The position numbers and the translations under genes were made by a program. DNA of 46,901 nt, counting the filler, from Nitrospirae bacterium MYbin3 (GTDB lineage Bacteria; Nitrospirota; Thermodesulfovibrionia; Thermodesulfovibrionales; Dissulfurispiraceae), in the NCBI GenBank assembly GCA_002753335.1. It is 5 parts of 5 records of this genome, joined end to end, with 100 filler letters (N's around TTAATTAATTAA, not from the genome) between each part and the next. Parts side by side here need not be neighbours in the genome. Positions count along the whole stretch, not along the records: positions 1 to 10,786 come from PEAD01000046.1; positions 10,887 to 20,594 come from PEAD01000047.1; 3 more parts are not named here. One strand, given 5' to 3'. Below the pieces are notes generated by a model. It ran no database searches, had not been told where the DNA came from, and saw only the letters and a list, made by a program, of their open reading frames with translations. Shown one piece after another: positions 9,716-17,741 of the stretch (positions are counted from its first letter, which is position 1; every line of letters starts with the position of its first letter).

Positions 9716-10240
9716 ATGGCTAAAGATAGGAAAATTGTCATTATTGCAGGGCCTAACGGTGCAGGCAAGACAACATTTGCACTTGAGTTTTTGCCTAACG
9801 AAGGCGAATGTCCTGCCTTTGTGAATGCGGATCTTATTGCAGCTGGTATTTCACCATTTCTTCCTGAGCAGGTTTCTTTTCGCGCGGGCAGGCTTATGCT
9901 TGAAGAAATAAAAAGGCATGCACTCCACGGTGATAATTTTGCTTTTGAAACAACTTTGAGCGGCCAAAAGTATGCCTTGATGATTCCTCAATGGCAGAGA
10001 AAAGGATACAGCATAAAATTAATATTTCTCTATTTGCCTGATGTGAAGTTGGCTGTTGATAGGGTAAAATATCGTGTGGCACAGGGAGGGCATGATATTC
10101 CTGAAAATGTTATCCATCGGCGATATGAAAAAGGATGGCAAAACTTTCAATCCCTTTATAAAGGGTTAGTTGATAAATGGATTCTTTATGACAACTCCGG
10201 CGTAAAACCCAGATTGATTGATGAAGGAGAAAAAACATGA
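9716..10240 (+). CDS. Zeta-toxin-like / AAA_33 P-loop ATPase or kinase
   Basis: IIAGPNGAGKTT Walker A, FVNADLIAAG, FAFETTLSG, RVAQGGHDIP, YDNS. Start at MAKDRK fits the family length better than 9593. Confidence 0.8.
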   Translation: MAKDRKIVIIAGPNGAGKTTFALEFLPNEGECPAFVNADLIAAGISPFLPEQVSFRAGRLMLEEIKRHALHGDNFAFETTLSGQKYALMIPQWQRKGYSIKLIFLYLPDVKLAVDRVKYRVAQGGHDIPENVIHRRYEKGWQNFQSLYKGLVDKWILYDNSGVKPRLIDEGEKT

Positions 10241-10407
10241 ATACAGCAAAAAAAGAAATTCTCGACAAAGACTTTGCTGGAGTTGAAGCTGCGCTGCGGC
10301 GAGCTGCTAAAAAAGCAATAGCGATTGCAAAACAGACGCACACCCCTCTAGTTGTGTACGAAAAAGGACATGTTGTCAAAAAATTCCCTTGGAAGGAAAA
10401 AATCTGA
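10237..10407 (+). CDS. 56-aa partner of the P-loop ATPase (not in the ORF track)
   Basis: ATGA overlap with the upstream stop. MNTAKKEILDKDFAGVEAALRRAAKKAIAIAKQTHTPLVVYEKGHVVKKFPWKEKI. Confidence 0.7.
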   Translation: MNTAKKEILDKDFAGVEAALRRAAKKAIAIAKQTHTPLVVYEKGHVVKKFPWKEKI

Positions 10408-10409
10408 CA

Positions 10410-10613
10410 CCGTCTAAATTCAAGCCACAGTAGCTGAAGTGTTACTCCTTTGTGGCGAAGCTCTTCGTGGATATTCCTTAGGTCCGGAAATGGTCGTTTA
10501 GGATTGTTTCGAGCAGTATCGCTTGAAAATAGCAACGATTCAATTGTGGTGTCATCCATAATGTGTGGTCGGATTACTCCGAAATCACTGGTCGACTTGG
10601 TCCGAAATTAGCA
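10410..10613 (-). mobile_element. IS21-family remnant: terminal inverted repeat plus istA fragment
   Basis: Minus-strand peptide DDTTIESLLF...RPFPDLRNIHEELRHKGVTLQLLWLEF resembles the IstA N-terminus. End TGCTAATTTCGGACCAAGTCGACCAGTGATTTCGGAGTAATCCGACCA (from 10613) carries two tandem IS21-type repeats. Confidence 0.75.
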
Positions 10614-10703
10614 AAAATAAAGGGCATCGCTTTCTTAACAGCGACAGCTATAGTGTGAGGTCTATGCTAATAGTCCTCTTGTTTTTTTAAGTTAAGATGA
10701 CTA

Positions 10704-10734
10704 TTGACATTTAACAACCAATTGGTTGTATCAT
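10704..10734 (+). promoter_or_regulatory. Promoter with a palindromic operator for the toxin gene
   Basis: TTGACA (10704) ... TATCAT (10729). The 19-bp spacer is long. Perfect 16-bp palindrome ACAACCAATTGGTTGT (10714-10729). Confidence 0.55.
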
Positions 10735-10739
10735 TCATA

Positions 10740-10786
10740 ATGAAGTTGCAAATAAATTACTTCAAGACAAAATCCGGCAAGTCTCC
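10740..10786 (+). CDS. Start of a RelE/ParE (Gp49-like) type II toxin, truncated by the contig end
   Basis: MKLQINYFKTKSGKS(P) resembles the 'I.FY.T.SGKSPV' N-terminus. Only 15 codons are visible. Confidence 0.45.
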
Positions 10787-10886
10787 NNNNNNNNNNNNNN
10801 NNNNNNNNNNNNNNNNNNNNNNNNNNNNNNTTAATTAATTAANNNNNNNNNNNNNNNNNNNNNNNNNNNNNNNNNNNNNNNNNNNN
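10787..10886. other. Artificial contig linker
   Basis: N44-TTAATTAATTAA-N44 (stops in all six frames). Confidence 0.98.
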
Positions 10887-12860
10887 AGTATCCAAGAGTG
10901 TTGTGTCGTAGTCCACAATGGTGTCCTGTCCGCTGCCCCTGCCGAACTTGTAAGTGTCGTTGCCTGCGTTTCCAATGAGCCTGTCAACTCCCTCTCCACC
11001 GTCAAGCGTGTCATCTTCATCGTAGCCATAAAGCGTGTCATTACCGGCCCCGCCCATAAGAACATCGTTACCGGGTCCCCCAGAAAGTGTGTCGTTGCCA
11101 GCATTCCCAAAAATAGTGTCATTGCCTTGCTGCCCATTAACCACATCATCCCCATCTTTGCCTGAGATAGCATCATTCATAGCGGTTCCATTGATTGTTT
11201 CGCTTATATCCGTGCCTATTAGCGGATTCTTAACCTCTGCGGCCAACGCAAATAGCGTGTCTTCTCCCTGCATGTTTAGAAGGTTATTAAGCGCGTCGTA
11301 TCCTATAAGATCGGTTGCCTGAAAGCCGTTCAGTGTCCTTGTGAATTCGATAAGCTCTGCCCTGCCTGCTGTTATGTCTGTTGATAGCTGCGTTTGGATA
11401 TCCGTGATAACAGCGCTTATATCTCCTATAACGCTTTGTGTTGCTTCATCCCATGTGTAGGTTATTTGGTCGTATAAGGGCTTAAGTTGGGTCTGCGCCA
11501 TTATCTGTGCGTAGTACATCTCAAAAAGCCCACGATATGCTTCATCAAGAGGTGCGACAGCATTGGCATGCGGATTGGGGCCGGTTGTTCCTGAAAACGA
11601 CTGTCCGAATAATTTTTCCAGCACTGCTAATCTTCGTGCATCCATGAGGCCACCCCTGCTGGCCGGATCTATTGTGTCGCTGCCTGTCCACTTGAAAAGC
11701 ATTTGCTCCATGAGACTGTTGCGGGTGATTGCATCTGTTGCCGCTACTATTTGTTCGACCAAGTTTTTCAGTTGTCCGCTGGTATCTCTTACCATCGCCT
11801 GCTGCAAATTATATATGTTGCCGTATCCCTGAAGATCAGGCAACGCGGCTATCTCCGCAGGCACATCAAGCCATTCGTTGGGAATTGTGAATACAGTATC
11901 TGTTTTGAACCAGATATCTTCAGCCACACTTGTTGTGCCGTCTGTCTTTGTGAAGCTTCCGATTTGGCGATGTTCGTTCCCTTCAGTATCAACTGTGGTT
12001 GAAGTGGAGTAACCGGTATTGATTGAGGCTATTTCGTGTTCATCAAGAGTGTGGAGTTCGTCGGCACTGCTGTAGCCGTCTCCGTTTGTGTCTTGCCAAA
12101 TCTTGAGATTTGCAAAAGCCGCATCGTTTGCATCTATCTTGCCATCTGTATTTGTATCCAATTCCGCAAGTGCCTGAAAGCCGTTGGTTGCTTTGGTGCC
12201 ATTGGCAAGTAATGTCTGATTACCGAATAGCTCATTGCCGTTATCAATTGTGCCGTTTCCATCTTTGTCCATAACAAGGATTCCGTCATTAGCTGAAGCC
12301 CATCCGGTCTGTTCTGCAAAGCCGTTTCCGTCATGGTCAAAGTAGGCTCCATCCCCAACGGCAGTTGTTTGTACGCCATCTCCATTTAGATCGAGGACAA
12401 CTGGGCACCCGGGGGTTAAAGCTGATTCGGCATCCTTTAGAAATTGCTTAACAGCATCCAAAACTTTTTTTATTTCTGTATATACCGCCTCACCATAAGG
12501 ATTCCATGTTAAACCACCCCAGTTAACACCACCTGCTTGAGCAACGGCTTTGACCCATTGCGTACACTGATTTGCCCCTGCATCAATTATGCTAGTGGGG
12601 ATACTGTAATAGGGTGGATTATTTATACTATCGGTAACATATTTAACCATTTTATTGTATTGTTCAGGAGTAACTTCAATTGGTCCCGAACTCACTTGAT
12701 ATTCATGGGTTGAGTCATCAGTAATTATTCCAACCCCCATCGGTAAACGCCCTTCCTGGGGGCCAAATCCATAGCCACGTCGATCCCCATTTCCATTATC
12801 CAAAATGATAAAACTGTGTGGAACCCCCACGATATCGCTACGAAACTCAATAGTCGGCAT
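10887..12860 (-). CDS. FrpC-like RTX Ca2+-binding protein, 3'-truncated
   Basis: Self-processing-module-like region (PVVLDLNGDG...FDHDGNGFAEQTGW...DGILVMDKDGNGTIDNGNELFG...LKIWQDTNGDG) and GGxGxDxL nonapeptide repeats running into the gap. Distinct N-terminal domain of about 115 aa. Confidence 0.88.
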
Positions 12861-12861
12861 A

Positions 12862-13311
12862 TTATATTTCTCCTTTCAAAGTGATTTTATAAATAACTTT
12901 AGAATTTGTTCGAATGTGAGCATTATTATCCAAGCTATATTTTATAAACGCATCATAAAAAGTAATCTCAATGGGAATGGTTTTATATTCGGTTCCACGA
13001 AAAGCAGTGACAGCGTCAACGATTGATTGAATTTCTTTTTCATCAATGACACCGTTTATATTGAGATAAACGGTTTTCCCCAAATCAGCATCAACTTTAA
13101 CATCTCTGATGCCACATGGATCAGTAGGATTATATTTTTCTTTACATACAAGTATCTTTATCTCCTTTCCCAACGCACTTGCGAAATAACGTACATGTGG
13201 ATGACTCGGTTTACAACCAGAGGTTGTAAATAATGCAAATATAATTAAGAAAAGACTTATTTTTTGTGTTTTCATCATGCCACTTAACGCGTTTTTAAGA
13301 GATTTAACCAT
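12862..13311 (-). CDS. Lipoprotein directly upstream of the RTX gene (FrpD-like position; candidate immunity protein)
   Basis: Lipobox-like FTTSGC. Stop is 1 nt from the RTX start. AT-rich. Confidence 0.6.
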   Translation of the reverse strand: MVKSLKNALSGMMKTQKISLFLIIFALFTTSGCKPSHPHVRYFASALGKEIKILVCKEKYNPTDPCGIRDVKVDADLGKTVYLNINGVIDEKEIQSIVDAVTAFRGTEYKTIPIEITFYDAFIKYSLDNNAHIRTNSKVIYKITLKGEI

Positions 13312-13331
13312 CTTAATCTCCTCCCTTTGAA

Positions 13332-13412
13332 TTATTTAAGTTTATCTGTTGGAATATTTAGTTCTCTAATACCTGTTCCATCGCTTTTCATAACCCAGAT
13401 TGAAATTTCATT
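13332..13412 (-). pseudogene. Orphan 3' end of a TolB/PD40-repeat-like gene
   Basis: NEISIWVMKSDGTGIRELNIPTDKLK* lies in frame directly behind the stop of 13413..13913 and has no start of its own. Confidence 0.4.
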
Positions 13413-13913
13413 TTATTGAATAATAAGCTTAGTTGCAATTGTTTTATTCTTTAGTTCCTCTATATTTCTGCCGGACAATTGAGATAATTTGAGGTAGAAC
13501 TCTTTTATGGTATTGGTGTTAACCAATGTTGGATCAAATTGGATTCGTCCACAGTATCGGCCAACTTCATATATTGCAATATGTCCCCAAAAAGGCGTTG
13601 TCATAGCTGTATATTTTGATTTGTCCAACAAAACTTGCTTATCTTTTTTAAATAATTTATATTTTTGAATTATTCTGTCTTCATATAAACAAAAATCTTT
13701 TACCAATAACATTTCACATATCATCCATATACCACCAACAACACCGAAAAGACACAATGTTTCATAAACCCAAAATTCAAAGCCTGAATATTTCATAGGG
13801 ATTTTCATAGCGATAAAACAACATAACGGAATAAAAAGGGAAATCGGCCAAAACAATCTCCATAAGATGCGCCAACATTGAAATTTAATTATTAATACTG
13901 GCTTGTTATTCAC
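13413..13913 (-). CDS. Hypothetical two-TM membrane protein with a PH-like C-terminus (candidate orphan immunity)
   Basis: RBS GAGGAGG before GTG. Two hydrophobic segments. Very AT-rich. Confidence 0.6.
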   Translation of the reverse strand: MNNKPVLIIKFQCWRILWRLFWPISLFIPLCCFIAMKIPMKYSGFEFWVYETLCLFGVVGGIWMICEMLLVKDFCLYEDRIIQKYKLFKKDKQVLLDKSKYTAMTTPFWGHIAIYEVGRYCGRIQFDPTLVNTNTIKEFYLKLSQLSGRNIEELKNKTIATKLIIQ

Positions 13914-13940
13914 TTCCTTTATCCTCCTCTTTAAGATTTT

Positions 13941-14165
13941 TTATACCGCTAACTTGAAACAGCATTGCATATAATCATTTCCAACATCGCCCTGTAATCC
14001 GTCATTGCCGTCTCCACCGTACATCTGATCGCTGCCTTCGCCGCCGAGCAGTGTGTCTTTGCCTGCTTCTCCTTCCAAGTAATCCCCGCCGCTGTCGCCC
14101 TGCAACCAGTCGTCTCCATCCCCGCCAAAGACTTCATCATCTCCGGCCTGTGCCAAGTGTGTCAT
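13941..14165 (-). pseudogene. RTX repeat fragment
   Basis: About seven GGDGDDxL-type nonapeptides with no N-terminal domain and no T1SS signal. Confidence 0.7.
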
Positions 14166-14398
14166 TGCTTTGGGATGCTACCATGTTTCGCAAAGGCAAT
14201 CCTGAAAAACCACATCCTGTCCTAATCCTGCTATAGCATCCTGAAAGGCGCTCGTGTTTACTGATCTGATTTCGGTGGTCTATAACTGTTTGTCTGTCTG
14301 TGTTGTTGATTAGCCTTTATTACCTATTGTCCATATGCAGGTTATTTTATAGTAGAGATTGGGGAAGTAAGGCTTATTGACCAACAGCATATCTTTAT

Positions 14399-15487
14399 TC
14401 ATTTTGCCTGTGCCTCCTTAAACGAAAAAGCAGCGATAATTCTGTCCATCACTGTAAATAGCAGCTCTACGCTGTAGCCTGCCAAAAAAGCCAGCGCAAA
14501 TGGGGAGATGTTTTTCACGACCGAGAAGGTCTCGGGACTGGCAAACCAGCCGATCGCCAAGCCGGCTAGTGCTCCCAATTGCAACCTCAGCAGATATCCA
14601 ACATCCGATACTTCAGTATAGGTGATATTTTTTATTTCACTGGACAGCGTTCTAAGTATATAAGCACACGCGCCCACAAAACCATAGAGCAACGGCAAAA
14701 TATATAGTTGCATGACTTGTAGGATGTATTGAGCGTTCTGCAAATATTTGATCTGCTGCTGTTGTTTTTTAGTCAATCTCTCTAAAGGAGATTTTTCAGA
14801 ACCTGTTTTGTTGTCGGTCTGTCTTACAAACATCCTTAAGCGTATTATATCGTCCCAATCCTGAAGTGCCGTAAAGTTCGCGTCATATTTTGTAGTGTAT
14901 TCTTCCCTTTTGCCCTCAAGCCTTGATATTTCGGGATTGTCGGCAATAGTTTTGCTTCCCTTAGCGAACTTTTCGCTTTTTTTCTTCTGGATTTCCATAC
15001 TCACATTGTCAATCTTAGGTAGGATTTGATTTATTTCGCTCACTATGGATGTTCCGTAGAACCAGAGCACTTGAACAATAACCAAAAACGCCAGAAATAC
15101 AAATGTTCTTCTTCTGTAACGGGTAACGGCATTTTCAGCAACCGAGATATTCCTTTTGCGAAGAAATCTATTTAGAAACGGAGAGCTTACATTAAACAAC
15201 GCGGAAGTGGCCTTAAGGCTATCAACATTGACCGGTTGAACGTCCTTCGCTATTTTATTAAAGGCCTTCCAGAATTTAGCTTCGAATTCTGCCGACCAAT
15301 CGTTTGAATGCATTCTGCTTTTTGACTGTGTGATTACTGTAACCACTTCATTGTCCAAATCTTTGCCCTGTCGGGCGGCATATTCCAATAAGAGCAACGC
15401 TTCCTGAATAGACTTAAGCGGTATGACGCATGAACAGTTTTCCGACATCCTTTCGGACGGACACAATGCTTCGTTTTGTGTATTCAT
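14399..15487 (-). CDS. Hypothetical membrane protein (1+3 TM, coiled-coil loop)
   Basis: Hydrophobic segments FVFLAFLVIVQVLW, LYILPLLYGFVGACAYIL, LQLGALAGLAIGWF and FALAFLAGYSVELLF. Confidence 0.75.
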   Translation of the reverse strand: MNTQNEALCPSERMSENCSCVIPLKSIQEALLLLEYAARQGKDLDNEVVTVITQSKSRMHSNDWSAEFEAKFWKAFNKIAKDVQPVNVDSLKATSALFNVSSPFLNRFLRKRNISVAENAVTRYRRRTFVFLAFLVIVQVLWFYGTSIVSEINQILPKIDNVSMEIQKKKSEKFAKGSKTIADNPEISRLEGKREEYTTKYDANFTALQDWDDIIRLRMFVRQTDNKTGSEKSPLERLTKKQQQQIKYLQNAQYILQVMQLYILPLLYGFVGACAYILRTLSSEIKNITYTEVSDVGYLLRLQLGALAGLAIGWFASPETFSVVKNISPFALAFLAGYSVELLFTVMDRIIAAFSFKEAQAK

Positions 15488-15528
15488 CTCCCCCCACGCA
15501 GCTTAATAGTCAAAAATTGCCGAGAAAA

Positions 15529-16044
15529 TTATTTTACCTGTATTACATACTCACACGGGTTGCCATCACATATAACATTCTCGCCGTCATCATAAACTAT
15601 TCTTACTTTCCACCATCCTTCATGTATGTTGACTTTCATGCTCCATGTCCTCCAATCAAAGCCTCCCTTGATATCCACCTCTGAAGCAAGCCTGTTAAGC
15701 TTTTCCTTCTTTCCCACGGAAAGGTTGACCGCGTCAATGGGTTCTCTGCTATCGTCAAACTCCGCCGTGGGACCGATATAAGAATACCACTTATGTCTTA
15801 TGGGAAGTTTGCCTTCATTTTTTAGAACCCTTAACGCCTCGCTTCCTCCCCGAACCTTTGTCCACAAATATAACCGTCGCGGTTGCGAGACACTATTTTC
15901 ATATATCTTTACAGGATTTTTCGTATCGTCAATTCCGCTTGTCCACACAGCTTTAACTATAGTGATCATCGCTTCTTCAGAGCAGTATGCAATGCCCTGT
16001 ATGCCCAGCAAACTCAATATGAGTATAGTTATTAGCGCGGGCAT
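15529..16044 (-). CDS. Secreted DUF2914-like protein
   Basis: Signal peptide from MPALITILIL. LYLWTKV...IRHKW...WRTWSMK...GWWKVRIVYDDG. Confidence 0.6.
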   Translation of the reverse strand: MPALITILILSLLGIQGIAYCSEEAMITIVKAVWTSGIDDTKNPVKIYENSVSQPRRLYLWTKVRGGSEALRVLKNEGKLPIRHKWYSYIGPTAEFDDSREPIDAVNLSVGKKEKLNRLASEVDIKGGFDWRTWSMKVNIHEGWWKVRIVYDDGENVICDGNPCEYVIQVK

Positions 16045-16457
16045 ACTTCCCAGTTCAATGTGAATTCGTTTCCGTATGTGATGGTTTGCCATGCCGGGTC
16101 GTCTAGCTTCAATGTGCAGCGCAAATCCTGTATGAGCTTGCGCTTGTTTTTAGGGTCCCATAAAACAGCGCCAAATTGCTTGCCATCCGAAACCATTTTC
16201 ATATCGTACCTATCCAGAACTTTCAGTTCCTCAAAATCGGTGTTCTTTTTGATCACTATCGCCCTGATGGTTTCCCTGTTAATTTCTTTGGGGGGATTGG
16301 TTTCTATGTATTCGCTGCTGACTATGTCCATCACCGTCTTAGCAAAGATAAATAGTCTGGCCATCTCTTTTTCATCGTATTTATCATCGCACCCAGCTGT
16401 CCCAGCTGTGCAAAAGATTAAGCAGAGTAATAATATGCTATACCCAAAGCGTCGCAT
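16032..16457 (-). CDS. Secreted protein or lipoprotein, 141 aa
   Basis: MRRFGYSILLLCLIFCTAGTAGC signal with lipobox-like TAGC. Overlaps the genes on both sides. Confidence 0.65.
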   Translation of the reverse strand: MRRFGYSILLLCLIFCTAGTAGCDDKYDEKEMARLFIFAKTVMDIVSSEYIETNPPKEINRETIRAIVIKKNTDFEELKVLDRYDMKMVSDGKQFGAVLWDPKNKRKLIQDLRCTLKLDDPAWQTITYGNEFTLNWEVCPR

Positions 16458-17400
16458 CGCCCTTTCCCTCCTTGTCAGTTGTCCCTGTATCGAGATTCCA
16501 GTTTGGCAAGCTTGCAATAAGCGTGTCGCCAGTGCCAACTATTGCTGTATTGAGCTGTTCCCATATAGTCACTATATTACCTACGCCAAAATCGAATATC
16601 TTGGAATACGCTTGCGTTTTTTCATTGAACTTATTTTTCTCTGGAATTTCCGCATTAACTATATATGTTTCCCTTTCTTTAGCAGGTATTTTGGTGCTTG
16701 GCACATACACCAATCCTTCTTTTCCTGCGATATGACGGAAAAAGCCGACATCAATGTCTGCGCCATCCAGTTTCTTAACGTATTCTTCATGCCAACCTTC
16801 TACCTGAGGAGGATTTTTCGCGTATTCTTTGGGATACACTTCCTGCAGCATCTTCCTCCACAGACTGACTACGGCGTTGTCCATCTTGCCGGTCTTTTTG
16901 TCTGTAAGGTGTCTCAAATAGTCGACCCATTCGCTATTGTCCAGTTCAATGCCGTAAGTCTCTTTGAATATGTAAGAATCCATATACATTTCGCATACCC
17001 TGTGGTCGGTCTTGTTTTCTGCGTATTCGCCTACTATTGCCCTCACAACCGGATGGATGCTTGCGTCCAAGACCACATGTGATGCATAGCCAAAAAGCCA
17101 GGCAGCGGTTCTTTGGAATTCTTTAGAGTCTTTTTCAGTTTTATATCTGTCACGAAGGTGTTTAGCGCCGGACCGCACAACTTCGCCTGTATTGTTGTAG
17201 TGAAGGAGGTCAGCCCAACTGTCTGAATCGTCATGGGAGGTGAGCATGTGGTGAAGATAAGGATAATCGGGGCCAACCGCTCCGGCTTGAAGCCACTGTG
17301 GATATCTGTTTAAAACAACAGTAGCGAACATTAGTCCTTTGTTTTCCACTACACGCTTTGCTTTATCAGCCGCAATCATATGTGCAAAAGCTCCTGGCAT
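16438..17400 (-). CDS. Zinc-dependent phospholipase C family (S1/P1-fold) protein
   Basis: MPGAFAH N-terminus, GAVGPDYPY, LHY, GYASHVVLDASIHPVV, HRVCEMYMD. RBS GAGGGAG. Confidence 0.8.
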   Translation of the reverse strand: MPGAFAHMIAADKAKRVVENKGLMFATVVLNRYPQWLQAGAVGPDYPYLHHMLTSHDDSDSWADLLHYNNTGEVVRSGAKHLRDRYKTEKDSKEFQRTAAWLFGYASHVVLDASIHPVVRAIVGEYAENKTDHRVCEMYMDSYIFKETYGIELDNSEWVDYLRHLTDKKTGKMDNAVVSLWRKMLQEVYPKEYAKNPPQVEGWHEEYVKKLDGADIDVGFFRHIAGKEGLVYVPSTKIPAKERETYIVNAEIPEKNKFNEKTQAYSKIFDFGVGNIVTIWEQLNTAIVGTGDTLIASLPNWNLDTGTTDKEGKGDATLWV

Positions 17401-17440
17401 GTATACTCCCTCTTTTATGCAAAGAATTGAGGGGAAATAT

Positions 17441-17457
17441 TGCACGATTTATGCCAG
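17441..17457 (-). promoter_or_regulatory. sigma54 (-24/-12) promoter
   Basis: CTGGCATAAATCGTGCA with correct GG-N10-GC spacing, about 40 bp upstream of the ATG at 17400. Confidence 0.7.
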
Positions 17458-17528
17458 CACCAAAGTTTAAATGCTTATGAATGCAGTGTGTTTATATTTC
17501 AATCAGTTACATAACAAACAGCGATTGA

Positions 17529-17580
17529 TTTTTGTCGATATAGACAAAAACATTTGACAAGTTGTCACACAGCATTGACA
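17529..17580. promoter_or_regulatory. Palindromic upstream activator sites (candidate bEBP enhancer)
   Basis: TTTTTGTC-GATATA-GACAAAAA (17529-17550), TGACAA-G-TTGTCA (17555-17567), TGTCA-N8-TGACA (17563-17580). Confidence 0.55.
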
Positions 17581-17741
17581 GAGTGGCATACGAAATTGAG
17601 ATTTTAGCGTCCTTTTCAATGAAATTGGGAGGTATAGAAAGTGAAATTTTAGGGGAATATGTTTCAGGTATAAAATCTGCATTTGTCTGCCTCTAAAATT
17701 CAGTTCAGTTGATTTTCATATATATTGTTCATAAAGTTTAG

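Noticed and set aside
10110..10559. 149-aa minus-strand ORF as a real gene
   Set aside because: Only the first ~50 codons resemble IstA; the rest is antisense to the ATPase and its partner
16060..17082. 340-aa plus-strand ORF
   Set aside because: Antisense shadow of the phospholipase and lipoprotein genes; no recognisable motif
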